A DNA stretch of 64,000 nt from Yuukianura sp. NJ FZ-2021 (Eukaryota). The position numbers and the translations under genes were made by a program. The stretch is taken from the NCBI GenBank assembly GCA_046563655.1, contig CM102289.1, positions 2,356,001 to 2,420,000 on the forward strand, written 5' to 3'. The notes beneath the pieces were generated by a model. The model saw only the letters and a list, made by a program, of their open reading frames with translations, made no database searches and had not been told where the DNA came from. Shown here piece by piece: positions 30,837 to 50,019 of this stretch. Every line of letters begins with the position of its first letter. Positions within the stretch are counted from its first letter, which is position 1.

Positions 30837-31463
30837 TTTTGTTAAAAAATTTTCAAGAGTTCCAAAAAATTGCGTGCGATATAAAACTGACACTTTGAGA
30901 CTAATTTGCAAAACTTTTTTTGTAACCCGAGAACACGGAAAATCAGGAAACGTTGAAAATTGAAAATGCCACAAAGTGTTCCGTTTTCCTGTTCGCACTC
31001 TCTGCTGACACAGTTTTTGGTTTAGGAGCTTCCTATTAGTCAAATTCGCACACTAAAAATCAGTCGCACTTTAAACTTGATTTTAACGCCTTGTTTTTGT
31101 TTTCCTGAATTTTTTGTTCCAGTGAGTCACAAAATCTTAGTCAAAGTCATTCCTAGAATTGCTGTCATCTGAAGTCACTTATGATTCTAAGAACTTTGGA
31201 TTCAAAGTTTTGGGAACTGGATGACTACAGACAAGCCATATGTTTGAACTGAAAGCTGGATAAAAATTGCAAAGTTTCTTCCTCTTCGTAAAATGTCACA
31301 AAGACTAAATATTCACACTAATTTAATCGTCAAAGCACGGAGTTGAAATTCAGTCTTCAGTTCACTTTCATTGGTTCAAGAAATTAAATAGGATATTGCC
31401 AAGTAGTAATCAGAAAAAAAGTAAACTGCGAAATCAAATCAAAGGGTTTCATCTAAATAATAT

Positions 31464-34400
31464 TCAATTGTTTTCCAAAGAATCCAAAAACGACCAGTCC
31501 AATTTCTGTCTCGACCCGCGAACTTCTTCCGCCCCTTCAATGGACCGCTTCAGTACTTCTCTCGCTCTAGATAGTTAAAGTCAAAATTATCAACCTAAGT
31601 TTTCAATGTGATTGTCTTTACACTTGTAGTACAGCTTATCATTCGCTTTAGGCTTACTCTGATTCTATTTTCATCGACTCCGTCATCAACTCTGAGAGTT
31701 TCTCATCCGCATTTTCATTTCCTTCTGCTGCAGCCCCAGGAATTGATTGTGACATGCCATGAGCACGAAGAACACCGGAAGTGAGAAGGTAACGCTGTTT
31801 TTCCAACCGGGCTTCAATGAACTCTCGTTTCCAACTCTCAAGGGCTTCATAAGTACTGCGAAATGAAGAAGAACTGGCAGCTTTTTCCAACAACAAATAC
31901 TTCTCCACCTCGCTCCTAGAATGCCAAATGGGCAAAAATTCATAAATTACTTCCCATAAAACTGAATACAGAAGCATAAAATAGGTGAAATCAAAGTTTT
32001 CCACGCCCAAATCCAGCGCCTTCGTGGATAGAATCCCATTTATTTGAACAGTATATGTTTTTTTACTTACCGGAGAGTACGGACGCACAACGGGAAGTGT
32101 AGTTTATGAATGCCCAAGTACTTGTCAATGTAGAAATTGGTAACATTTGGATCAAGGGATTCATCGCCCTGGCGCCAACAGTCATAAAGTTCCAAAATTT
32201 GGTCATTGCTGGAGTTGAAATTGAAATTAATTCCACAAACAACTACTTGTACGTACTTGCTATTACTTTTTAAAGTTATTTTCTTGTTTGATTCTTAGTA
32301 TCGACTTACATTCGTTCCAAACACTTTCTGTCCTCAAAAATGCCCAGAAACTTTTCTTGGTTGGTTTTGGCCATTAGATTAGATAAGGCTTCCTTCTCAT
32401 CTTCAAATGATTTGCGGATACTGCCCAGGGCCTGACGCCACTCCTCCATGCTCTTACTATGAAGATTACAAATCAAAATAAATTTCATGTGAAGTTGGAA
32501 ATAGAATTCCAAAAACTGACGTCGTATTGAGATCCCTGCTCTTGTTCTTGTCATATTTTTTGAAATCTTCTTCGACGTGTCGTAGCTCCTCCTCCATGAA
32601 CAGAACTCCCTGCATTCGTTCCATTTCGAAGTCCACTTGTTCCTGCTTGTCGTGTACCCGCGGATAGAGGAACTTTTCATTATGTGTTCTAAATATCCAA
32701 AGAATTGGTTTCAAAAGAGCAGAACTTAATTAACGTAGTGCTTATATTAGTTATGCTCAGTACTGTAGTAAACAGTAACTTACCGCAGGGCAGAAATTGC
32801 CCGACTCATCATGGTCAATTCCAATAGTGTTTTTCGCATGTAATGGATAAGAGAAGCCCAAACTGTACGTTCCAGCGATGAACATTTTTTCCCAATTTGA
32901 ATATTTGGGGATAAGTCAGCAACAGATTTGGGAGTTGGCACCACAGCGTTTACGTCAACTCCGTAGTCCTTTGGTATCATAAACCACTCCACATCCTGCA
33001 CAACGTTAAAGAAAATCTCATCGTTACTGATGCCGACAACAGTCTCTCTCTCTAGAGCGTAAATACACAGTTATAATAGGAAGAGCTAATTTTTTGCACA
33101 AATCTTGTCGCTTCCTTACAGGTAAGTCACGAAGAATAGGAAGTGGAGCGTCAGAGGGAAAGACCATCATCCCGTCACTGTGTAGAAATAGTTGATCTTC
33201 TCGTGGAACACCAATGTCCCGCTCAATCCAACCACTCACGTCAGCCATCGTGGTGGAATTGCCAATGGCGAAGCTCAGTCGTTTCGACGGACAGAAAATG
33301 TGTAGCATATCCATTTGAAGGATTGTCCGTAGAACTCCTAGACCAATTGTCTCCTCTCCGATTTTTGAGCTCTGTCCAATTCGTCTTCCCCTCTTGTTTG
33401 GATCCGTCTGCAGCATCATCTTTAACCACATCTCCAAGCATTGCTTTAACCTCCTGAAAACACAAAAACAAAAATCAATTGGTACAATTTTCAATTGTTC
33501 GTAATTACTTCAAGTCACGTGAAACGCTTACTCTGAGAGATGTGTGTTGTAGGGGAACTTGTTCGACTGAATTTTTCGTCCGTCTGCTGCTTCGTGGATA
33601 GCTATTACTTCGTCTCCTTTGGCTTGAACACAAGGAATCCTATACGAAAAATATCAAAAACAAGAACGTCGTTGCTTAATACAGCCAACACAAAACAAAC
33701 ACAACGACAAGACAAGTACCGCCGGCTATACCAATCTAAAGGTGTGGCAGCACATTCTTAACTAATGTTGATACTAAATGGTTATCTTACCAGGTACTTG
33801 GCGGTTGTCCATGAAGAAAAGGCCTCATTCCGCAACAGACTTCAAAAGCAATTATGCCGAAACTCCAATAATCAACTGTAATGTCATATCTAGCAGAAGA
33901 AAGTAATAAAGTTACTAACGACATAATTGACCGCGTTCGTTTTCAGTGGATATCCAGTACAAAATGTTTTACTTACGGCTTGCCAAGGTATATTTCTGGT
34001 GCTAAGTATTGAACTGTTCCAACGACAGTAGATGAAAGGCTATCTTTTTGAAGAAGTCCTTTGGCGAATCCCAAGTCACCCAACTTGTAAAGCACCATCC
34101 ACCTATTTGGAATTTACAACATCAGTCATTCATTTTGTTATTAAGGACCAGCAGAATCTAACAAAGAGTCACCAAGGGTGAAGTGCGTAGAATGTTCTCG
34201 GGCTTTAAGTCACGGTGAATGATATTAATTGTATGTAGATAGGAAATGGCGCCACCAATTGCTGAAAGTATCTTTCTGACTTCTTGTTCAGGAAGTCCTG
34301 AAGCATGTTGCGGCTGCCGTAGGATCTGCCGGAGATCTCCCCCGGAACAATACTCCATCGATAGTAAAAGTTTACCGGGAATGGAACCCAGTTCTGTAGG

Positions 34401-34712
34401 AGTAGGAAGTGTCGATACAATGTAAAGTGATTCAACTTGATTTAGCATCAAGTCTACTTCGTTTCGCCAGCGGACCTCAACTTCACGTACAGTTTCCTCG
34501 CTCCATTTCTCAGACACTTGAAATGTCTTGATTGCTAGAAGAAAAAAGTAATCACGTTCTTAAGACTTTTAATCGATTTCCATATAATTGAAAAATAACT
34601 TACCTCGTTTCTGCTGGGTCCGCTTATTTATCCAAAGCGTAACAATTCCAAAATTTCCACGGCCGATGATCTGGTCACATTTCCAGTCACCAGCAACTGA
34701 TCCGACCTCCAT
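31464..34712 (-). CDS. IKKbeta: IkappaB kinase (IKK-beta/alpha-like)
   Basis: IGRGNFGIV, MEYCSGGDLR, IIHRDLKPEN, YKLGDLGFAK, VGTVQYLAPE and VDYWSFG, a ubiquitin-like domain, a helical region, and a terminal LDWSFL NEMO-binding-like motif before the stop. Confidence 0.88.
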
Positions 34713-36879
34713 CTTGATAAATTTGGGAGTCGTTGGAGTCCGGTCAAACACGCGATAATTAAATCCTGGTTCAAATCTGCTAAAGATAATTATTGACGTC
34801 TGACGTTACTTTGATTCGACCTGAGTTTCTGCTGAAATCGTTTCTACTACTGCACCACCGTCACCTCATGATGTTCTCTCTCACACATAAAGTAAACAGT
34901 GAAAAAAAAAAGACGGATTAACTTCAATAACATGGGGTACTGACTATTCCACATACACTGCGGAACAGCAGAAGTCCGCATATTAAAAGGTTATCTTCAT
35001 TGAATCGAATCATGCGCGATATCGCATAGTCCACAAGAAATGACAGACGTGCGATCTGAAAAAAATAATAAAAGCTAGTCTCTACCTCTTTGCAAAAAAG
35101 AAAATTAATAAAGCGACTGAGTCATAAAAAAGGAATATCAAAAAGAAGAACATTTCCGTAATTTACTGTCTTTCCATTGAATGTGGACGAGTTTTTCGTT
35201 TTCGCATTTACGGTATTGCAAATGCGATCTTGGGTTGGCGTAAGGTTTCACGCTTGTCATTGTGAGGAGCAGTGTATCCAGAACGACAACTTTAGTAGCT
35301 ACATTGGAAGATTGAGATTATACAGTTTAGTTAACTTCGGTAAAAGTGGGCGCCTAAAATACCACTCAGACGCAAACAGCTTTTGTTGCCGTTAAAAATT
35401 GTTGCGTAGTGGCACTGCAAGGTAACAAAAACTGTCGTTAATCCTTAAAAGGACACTCAAATTTGTCGCATTTGATAAAGTTCCCTTCAGTCTGAGGAAT
35501 AGTCAAACCCTATAAATGACAAAGTCAACTCATCAATTTCTTAATCCGGTGAATCAGCTGTGCCGGAATTTTTATTTGGGCTTGGTGGACTGATCGATAT
35601 GTGAATTAAATTTTGTACTAGATTCTACGTCAATTCAATTAATCTACAGTTAGTCGTTTCGTCCGACAGGGTAAGCCAGCTTCACAAATTTGAACTGTAT
35701 AGATTTAGATTAAGATTTCAATTCATTGACATTAAGTACATAGTACACTAACGACAAGTTGTCGTCGACAACTTCACTTTAGGTAACAATAGTCACTGAA
35801 AGGATGTCCCAATTGTTATTTGTTATTGTTATACTACGTATGTACAATTTAGAAATTTTTTTTTTTTAGATCCGTGCCGAGTTTGCTAGCTGTCACACAT
35901 TGAATTAAGGGTTGCTTAAAGGCTCAATAAGAACGGAGCACGCGCAGTGACAGGGACCAGTCATCATTTCGTTGTTCACCAAACAGCCGATATATCGAAG
36001 TTTTCTGATCAAATTCACAGAACAAAATGCTGGTGAGTGAATTCTAATTTATCCCGTTTTGAACTTTACATTTATGCGTTGTGTGCTGTAAAAGTAATGA
36101 CATGAACAAGTTCTGGAAAAACGATAATAATCACGAAAGAACAACAATTAGCATTGCTCAATTGGCGTTTTTACTAAAAACTTCTTAGTACCCCAAATTC
36201 TTTGTAAATTAAAACCTTTACGACCAAGGGAAGAGATACAATCAGTTTCTTCGGTTATGCTTCAACAAAGAGAGAGATTATTGTTACACAGAAACTATTA
36301 CTAGTACTATTGTAACTACTACTTTTAAGAACTTTTGCTACGTTGACCTTGGCAGTTACTTCTTTCCAAAAAATGATATCTGAATACTTCCGTTCACCTA
36401 GCACTTCCACTTGTGAAGTCAATTTTATGACACCACGCAAAATATGGAGATGAACAGTATTGCATGGGTTAGTTATTTTTAGTTTTTCCATGACGCGTCG
36501 GAATGGTTTGTGAAAACCGCTCGTTTAGTTAGGGTGAGGCCAATTTTTGACTGAGTGTGAATGACACCCAATCCAATTCTAAATTAAATTACCCTTTCAA
36601 GCAATTTAACGTCATATGTTGGTATAGGCACTCACTGACACTAGATAACAACGAGGGTTTAACTTATAAACTTTGTTAAACGAGGAAATATGTGCGTGTT
36701 GTATCGTATCATCACCATTCTATGCATTTAGAGGGTGTTTTTTGTCAAACAATACAAGACGCCTTTCATAAACTAACTCAATTCTTCCGTTTTCTACTCT
36801 CAATTGAGGTTTCAGTGTTGCAAAATTTAGTTTGGTGACAGTGCTACTTAGACATATCGTTAGTTGAGTAAAAATTGTA

Positions 36880-38923
36880 ATGGACGGTCTTTTCAATTCT
36901 GGGCCTGAACTGCTTCCAGTGTCACTTACAACGGAAGAAGAGGTTTTGTAAATTTGTTTCAACTGAACTCTGAAATAATGAAGGAAATAAGTTTTGATTT
37001 AATTTAATTCAAGATCAAATTTTTAAAAAACTCTTTATAATTTCTGGATTTGACAGCCATCACGTGCGGAGGCAACTGATCTGACATCGGACAATGCCTT
37101 AGTGGTTGACATATCCGATGCATTGAGTGAACGAGACAAGGTCAAGTTCACGGTTCACACAAAGGTAATCGATTTTCAAATTTGCAACGATTTTCAATCG
37201 ATTTCAAGAACTTTTGGCGTTGTAATACCCTATGACTTTTTTTCAGACGACGTTACCCGGATTTGAAAAACCCGAATTTTCAGTGGTGCGTCAGCATGAG
37301 GAGTTTGTTTGGCTTCATGACAGATTCGAAGATAATGAAGAGTACGCCGGGTATATCGTAAGTTAAATTTTATCTGGCAATGATTTTATGAAGATGCTGC
37401 AAAACGTGTACTGAATTCAGATATGTTGATTGGTAAATGTGCTTTTAGATACCACCGGCTCCACCGCGTCCTGATTTTGACTCATCTCGAGAAAAATTAC
37501 AAAAGCTGGGAGAAGGAGAAGGAACGATGACAAAAGAGGAATTCACAAAAATGAAGCAAGAATTGGAAGCGTAAGATTTTTCTTTCGTAAAAAACTGATT
37601 GGATGCTGTTGTTCATTTTTTCTTTTAGCGAGTATTTAGCTACTTTCAAGAAGACCGTGGCAAACCATGAAGTTTTTCTGATTCGCCTGGCGAATCATCC
37701 AGTGTTCCGAAATGATCACGACTTTCGGGTGTTTCTGGAGTACCCTCCTTCGGTAAGTACAAGTATAGGCGATAGTCTGCAAAACGATTCTTATTTTTTA
37801 TGTTATTCTTTGGGTTTCTGTCTTTCAGTTGAGTGTCCGCGGCAAAAACAAGAAAGAAATGTTTGGTGGGCTAATCAAATCTTTCGGCCAATCTACAGAT
37901 GAATTTCTTCTGTCAGCGACACAGAAAGATGTGGACGAATTTTTTGATAATGAGCGAACATTCCTGATCGACTATCACTCTCATCTCAAAGATGCAACGG
38001 CCAAGGCCGACAAAATGACCAAAATGCACAAGAATGTAGCCGACGGTAACATTAAAATTTCATCCGAACTCATTCAATTGGCTACAATTGATACGAACGA
38101 ACTTGAAAAATTTCTTACCAAGTTCGCAGATGCTCTGGAGAAAGTTCGGGTAAAAAAATCTGCTTTTGAAAATCTGTATGATCGTATGTGATTCATGACG
38201 TTTTTTTTTTCATTTCATGTTTGTAGAAAGTTGAAAATCGTGTAGCTTCAGATGAGGATCTAAAACTTTCTGACATCCTAAGATATTACATGCGGGATTC
38301 CCATGCTGCCAAGAACTTGCTCTACAGAAGACGTCGTTGTTTGGCCAACTATGAAACTGCGAACAAAAATTTGGACAAAGCCAGAGCTAAGAACAAAGAC
38401 GTTGGAAGCGTAAGTTGAAAACTATAACGATTTACTTTTTGCTGAGCGTTGAATATTTGCTTGGGCTTATGTTTAACCCGACATTGTATTTGTTGTGGCT
38501 GCTTCAGGCATTGGATGTGTCAGAAGTAAGAGAAAAGATGAATGTCTTCGACCTTAACATTCCTAAGGTGTACTTTAACTGTAAAAATTTTAATTTTTTT
38601 TACGGTTTAACAGGCAGAACAAGCTCAAGACGAAGCGTGTAAGAAGTTTGAGTTGATATCATCCAAAGCCAAAGACGAACTAATGGAATTCAAATCTCGG
38701 CGCGTAGCGGACTTTCGAAAACATCTCTTAGAACTTACTGAACTCCAAATCAAGCACGCCAAGGTTAGTTTTCCTACATTTTGAGTCACGTGGACGTGAC
38801 CTTATGCGACCTTGCCTTAGTGACAATGTTAAAAGTCCTAATTTTATTCAACTTTTCTTTGATTTGAAGACTCAGGCTCAAGTCCTGGCAACTGCAATTG
38901 AGTCCCTCAAGGAGGATCTTTGA
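36880..38923 (+). CDS. SNX6: Sorting nexin 5/6 (PX-BAR); a possible upstream micro-exon ATGCTG|GT at 36027
   Basis: [55 protein letters not shown] and [10 protein letters not shown]. Confidence 0.93.
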
Positions 38924-39838
38924 ATCTGCTACAGACATTCCGTTTGTCTCTCAGTTGGACCAGTACTGCGCATGCTTACTTTAATTGTACCGAAAATCAA
39001 GTGTAACCGATCCTAACTGAACTTCAGTTATTTAAATCGTGTTTAATCAGTTTAGTTGAAAAAAAAAATCATGACGACTAATGCTAGTTAAAAGGAATTA
39101 AATTCTGAAAAAAATAAATATTGGTGGGTGATAATTGACTTTCTGTTCTCAGTTTTTTTTTCGTTCCGGAGTGATAGTAAAGTTAAACGGTTCTTAGATT
39201 TAAATGTCTTTAGATTAGTTTCTAGTTATGCTATCCAAATGAGGCTTTCTGTGATGATAGAATTCAAGGCCACGTTGTAGTGATACTCCCAAGTCAAAAC
39301 TTGTATGTAAAAAGTTACCAATTTACTATCGAATTTCGTGTGTTTTGTTATTCAGGTTATAGGAGGTTTGACTTTAAAATTGACAGAAAATGCAGCCGAG
39401 TCATTTGAAATTTTAAGAAAAGGATTCATAAAAAAAATTTTTTTTAGAAAGCAATGTTACCAGGTGAGAGTTATAACTTGTGAAGGGTCATTTTTCTTTT
39501 TTTAAATTTGATCGACAGGGCTTTCCTGTTCTAAAAAAAAGTTAGAACAAGCTTTTGTTTCAGACGACGCTCTGCCGTTTGTTCGTTGTTTCAGGAAAAA
39601 GAAACTTTGAAGCATTGAGTCAGTTTTGTTCTTTGACGCCTGCAAAGCAAACGCGTTCTTGGAACATCAAAAGACCATTTTCAAGTTAATTTGAAAAATA
39701 GTTTTTGATTTTTTGATTTTTTTTTTGAAATTTTGTTGTTACAGTGTTAATTTCTGTGACTAAAAACTTTTTACTAAATTCAGTTTAGTGCTTAAGATTT
39801 GTACAAATTGAGGTTCCTTCGTGTTTCCACAAAAAAAA

Positions 39839-45748
<5,910 letters not shown>

Positions 45749-46603
45749 ACTTACAAGTCCTTATAGCACTTGCTAAATGCATCATAAAAAGATCAGGAAT
45801 TGCTTTTCTGGAATTTTTGACATGCTTCAAAAACTGGGTGTATGATACCCACTTAATAAAATAGAATTACAGAAATATGAACACAAGCTAATAGTAACAT
45901 CGAGCATTCTATTAAATAAATTTTGAATTTCAATATTGTGATTGAAGTTTTCATTGTAGTTCTGCTGTACCAGGTTCGGTACAGCAGAACGTAAGGCATG
46001 AGTTTAATAAGTACAAACTTTCCAAGTTAGAAAAAGTGCAAAGTACAAAACAAATGATAGCTGAGGAATACAAAATAACTTAGATATATACACAATACTT
46101 GACGGGATACCCACGAAATGACATATGAAATCGGCTCATCGTTTAGGAATCTTTGACAAGAATCCAAGAATTCGGAATATTAAAGTCATTAAAAAATAGT
46201 ATTACAGAAATATGAATGCATACTAATGGTAAGGTCGAGTAGGGTATTAAATAAATTGACAGTCTGAATTTCAATATTTTGCATTCCTCCTCCAAAGTTT
46301 GAAAACCGTCATACTTCCACGAAGTATTTTTTCAATAGTTTAAAATTTCAGAACGAAATTAAGAATTTCCATTATCTATGTTTGTGAATTTAGTTCAAAA
46401 TTTCTATTCGTATATTGAAAAAGCTTCTTCTTTTTTTAAGAAAGTATTATTAAAGAAACATGTCTTTTAAGTGGCTTTACTTTGATGGAATCAATACAGA
46501 CTGTCTAAAATGGCTAAGAATTTCAAAAGAAATAGGAGAATTTTCAGGCTATATTGAGCTTTTTTTATTGAACTTCATTTTAGTTCGAAATATATATTCA
46601 AAC

Positions 46604-48141
46604 ATGAAGAAAACTCTCCCTCCGGATATTTTGGTTCTACTGCGCTCAATTGCAAATGCACACCAAACTTATCAAAATCCATTGCAGTACAATCAACGGC
46701 GTAACCGTTGCACCTTAGACGAATCAAAAAAGTATCAAAATTGGTCATTTTGCGTTTTATTCGTCGACACATTTGCACTGTTCGTGCTTGGCTTCCTGGC
46801 GTCAATTAACTACTTCAAAGATCTCAGTCCATTGCTCACTTTTCACTTACTTTCAATAGTTTTAATGGATGGTCACAACATCGTATGTGACATACATGCT
46901 GTATACAGAGGGAGAAAGCTCTGGCAACAAGTACTCAACGTGATACTACAACACCTAGACAAAAACAACGGTAAATTAAAATTAACCGTTGTAAATGCCG
47001 TAGGGCAGTAACGAAATAAATTTTAAGGCATTTGCCATGCACTATTTGATTGCATGCAACCTTTAAAAGCTGTACAGTCAAAGCTCATAGGGTGGCCTTC
47101 ACAATTTTTTTTTTAACGAGAGGTTGTTTCTCTCGATTTACAACGAGGGGTCGGAATTCAGTGGCTTTTTGCGGAAACTCGAATTCCGAATACATTGGAA
47201 TTTTAGTCAGCCAAATTCAAATTCAAATTCGAATTTCAGCTTCCCTCTTCCCTAAGGTTTTTGATTAAGAATATTTGATATTTGAATATTTTGTCTGTTT
47301 TAAAGAATTCTTTTTCTATTATGCAGATTCACTTTTTCGCTGGACAGGAGCAAAGGTCAATACACTTCGTTGTATGAAGGTGTTCTACTATTTGACTCCA
47401 GTGTTTGGCACAGGCTACGTGTGCACTACTGTCATTGGATTTTACAGTGATGCTGTACGCCTAATAGAAGTAGTCATGCTGTACATGTCACTAGATATCT
47501 ATTTGCATAGCGAAATATTTATCATCGTATCACAGTTTTTGGTATTAGTCGTTTTTGGATTTTTTGCTTTTTTAATATATTTAACCACATACAAATATAT
47601 TCAGTATGGCCTTGTTGTGCTTGTTCTTCACGATCTAGCACAAGCTTCATTATCTACTGCACAATTCAACGAGAAAGCCACCGAATTTTTCTTGCACTTG
47701 GAAATTCAGCGCTACAAAGCATTCTACATTTTGGTAGCCTTAGTCAGCGACTTTTTTCTGCTACCGTTCGCGTCATATGTCATACTAGCCTCTGGGTTTA
47801 CATCAATATCATTTGCTGTATTTTTTAAAATTGGGTTTAAATCAATTTATGGCTATCTTATTGTAAGTATGGCGACGATAATATTGGTTTTCCTAAATAT
47901 TTTCCTCTTCGCTGCGGAGTCGTTAGGTTCTGCTTCCAAGAACTTCATCTCTAAACTAATGAAAATGCCTGGAATGTCAAAAGAGGGTGTTAAGGTAGCC
48001 AGCTGCCTAAAACCAAGCTTTATAAGATGTGGAACACTGAACTACGTTGATAGTGGAATGATTATGAACATCAACGCAAATATTATAGACTACATGATAT
48101 CTCTACTCATCTTACTAAAGGAAACATCTATTTCAAACTGA
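46604..48141 (+). CDS. Gustatory-receptor-like 7TM chemoreceptor, copy 1 (intron 46971-47326)
   Basis: ~390 aa, multiple hydrophobic helices. The C-terminal FIRCGTLNYVDSGMIMNINANIIDYMISLL resembles the arthropod GR TM7 motif. One of four paralogues. Confidence 0.7.
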
Positions 48142-49294
48142 TGTAGATTCAGACTGTGCCTAACTGTACACAACTAATATGCGGCATCCTTATTTCTGTT
48201 TTGAATCTTGTGTTATATAAAGGAAATGCTTAACGTATGTAGTAATTAAAAAATAGAAATGAGAAGGTTGGAGTTCGACATCAAACCTTTTCAGGAAACC
48301 ATAATCGGCATTTTCATATACGTTCAGAAGTACTTACGAGAAATAGGTTTGCAAGTCGTTAAGTATGGCATACGCTACACAAAAAAGTCAGGAATCGCAT
48401 CCGGAGTTAAACGTTAGGTTAGATAATAAATGAATTTGTTAAATAAATTGACAATTTGAGTTATGATAGAGTTGGTAAGCTGTTTTCGTTAACTTCAAAA
48501 TACCAAACTTTTCAAATACAGTGTGTAAAATAGTACAAATAGTAAATACAAATAGTAAAATATAACCTAACCAGGTTATAGATGTAACATCGTTGGAGTG
48601 GCGACCGATTCAAAGCGTCGTGTCAAAATAACATTTGTAACGCGGTATAAAATTCGGAGACTTTTAGTGATTATCGGTTACAACTTTAAGTAAAGCAAAC
48701 GCCCGTTAAAAACTAAACTAAATATGGTGTATATATTGTTTTATATATGCCAGAATTAAATATCAAATTATTGCAAAAATTTAAGTTTAATTGTCCCCCT
48801 ACGTTAATGTGAGCATCAAATTAATAACAAAATGCACGGAATTGAAAAAAAAATTATAATGTAAAACTACGCAAGAGTTGACATACCTAAGAAGGTTTTG
48901 CTGAAGCCAATAGCTTTGATAGATAATTCGCTTAACTCACCCTTTAAAGATTTAGTATTTTTCTTCAAGAGTTTAAAACAAAATAGTAGGTAGTTCCAAA
49001 GGTATTATAGTGAGTCTTGAATAAATACATACCACTCCATCATACTCTAATTGACGACGCGACCGACCGACCGACCGACCGGCCAATGCTAATAGCATGG
49101 CCATGCAAACTATATGTGCAAAAAACTCTCTGTGTGGAAGAGTGGAACGATCCTGGGGTGTCCCTTTTACATTACTCCTCCAAGCACAGACTTTCAAAAA
49201 TTCCATCTCAACTCAAAAACCAAAAGAAGTGGGGGGGGGTCTGGGGGGGCTTGCCCCCCCAGCCTCGACAATACATTTTCGATTCAACTATTTA

Positions 49295-49445
49295 GACGGA
49301 ACCCGTGATGCTTACGCATCACCAAATAACTTGAAGCACTAGGTCATACTCGGGTCAAACGAAAAAGCTAGCGGATTTTTGACAAAATGTTCAACATCAC
49401 CCTTCCTTCATGTCATCGTGATGTGTAAACATCACGGGTTCCGTC
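49295..49445. mobile_element. ~150 bp MITE with TA flanks
   Basis: TA|GACGGAACCCGTGATG ... CATCACGGGTTCCGTC|TA. Confidence 0.8.
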
Positions 49446-49744
49446 TAGTATACTGAAAGCATTTTCTTGTTTTTTTAAAGAATAATAAAAGAAACATACA
49501 ACGATTTCTAAATTGACTGGCTCCACTTGGCTTATCTGGAATAAATAATTTCTGTTTTTTAGCATTATTGGATTCATTCCCGGTCGTAAATTTGGAAACC
49601 GTCCCATTTCCTATACTTTTTAAGTGTATTAGAGAAGTAGGCGGTTTGCTTCCAGTATTGCATATTTTTTGCGGGGTTAATTGACATTAGCATTTGCGCT
49701 CTATCAACAAGGGTAGGGAATTTCTTAGGTTGGGTTGAGGTCAT

Positions 49745-49889
49745 ACAGGGTGAGGCGGTGGTCCAGTCAAGTAGTTGGCGAGAAGTTCTGCGGCGAGAAG
49801 TCGTGTCGGCGACTCCGGGCCTCGAACCCGCGCCCAACCATGGTGTTGGTAGGACAGGGAAACGCTCTATTCCCCTCGGACTACTGGCC
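49745..49889 (-). mobile_element. tRNA-derived SINE head (3' extent uncertain)
   Basis: Minus strand reads GGCCAGTAGTCCGAGGGGAATAGAGCG (A box-like) ... GGGTTCGAGGCCC (B box). GC-rich island in AT-rich DNA. Confidence 0.6.
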
Positions 49890-50019
49890 TTGGACTCAGT
49901 GTTGTATATTTCGTATCTGCTCTAGAATAGCTAAAAAATTTCAAAACGAAGACAATAATGTTCAAGTTAAATGGAGTTTTTTCTTTAACATAATTTTACC
50001 TCAAAAGTTCTATTCGAAC

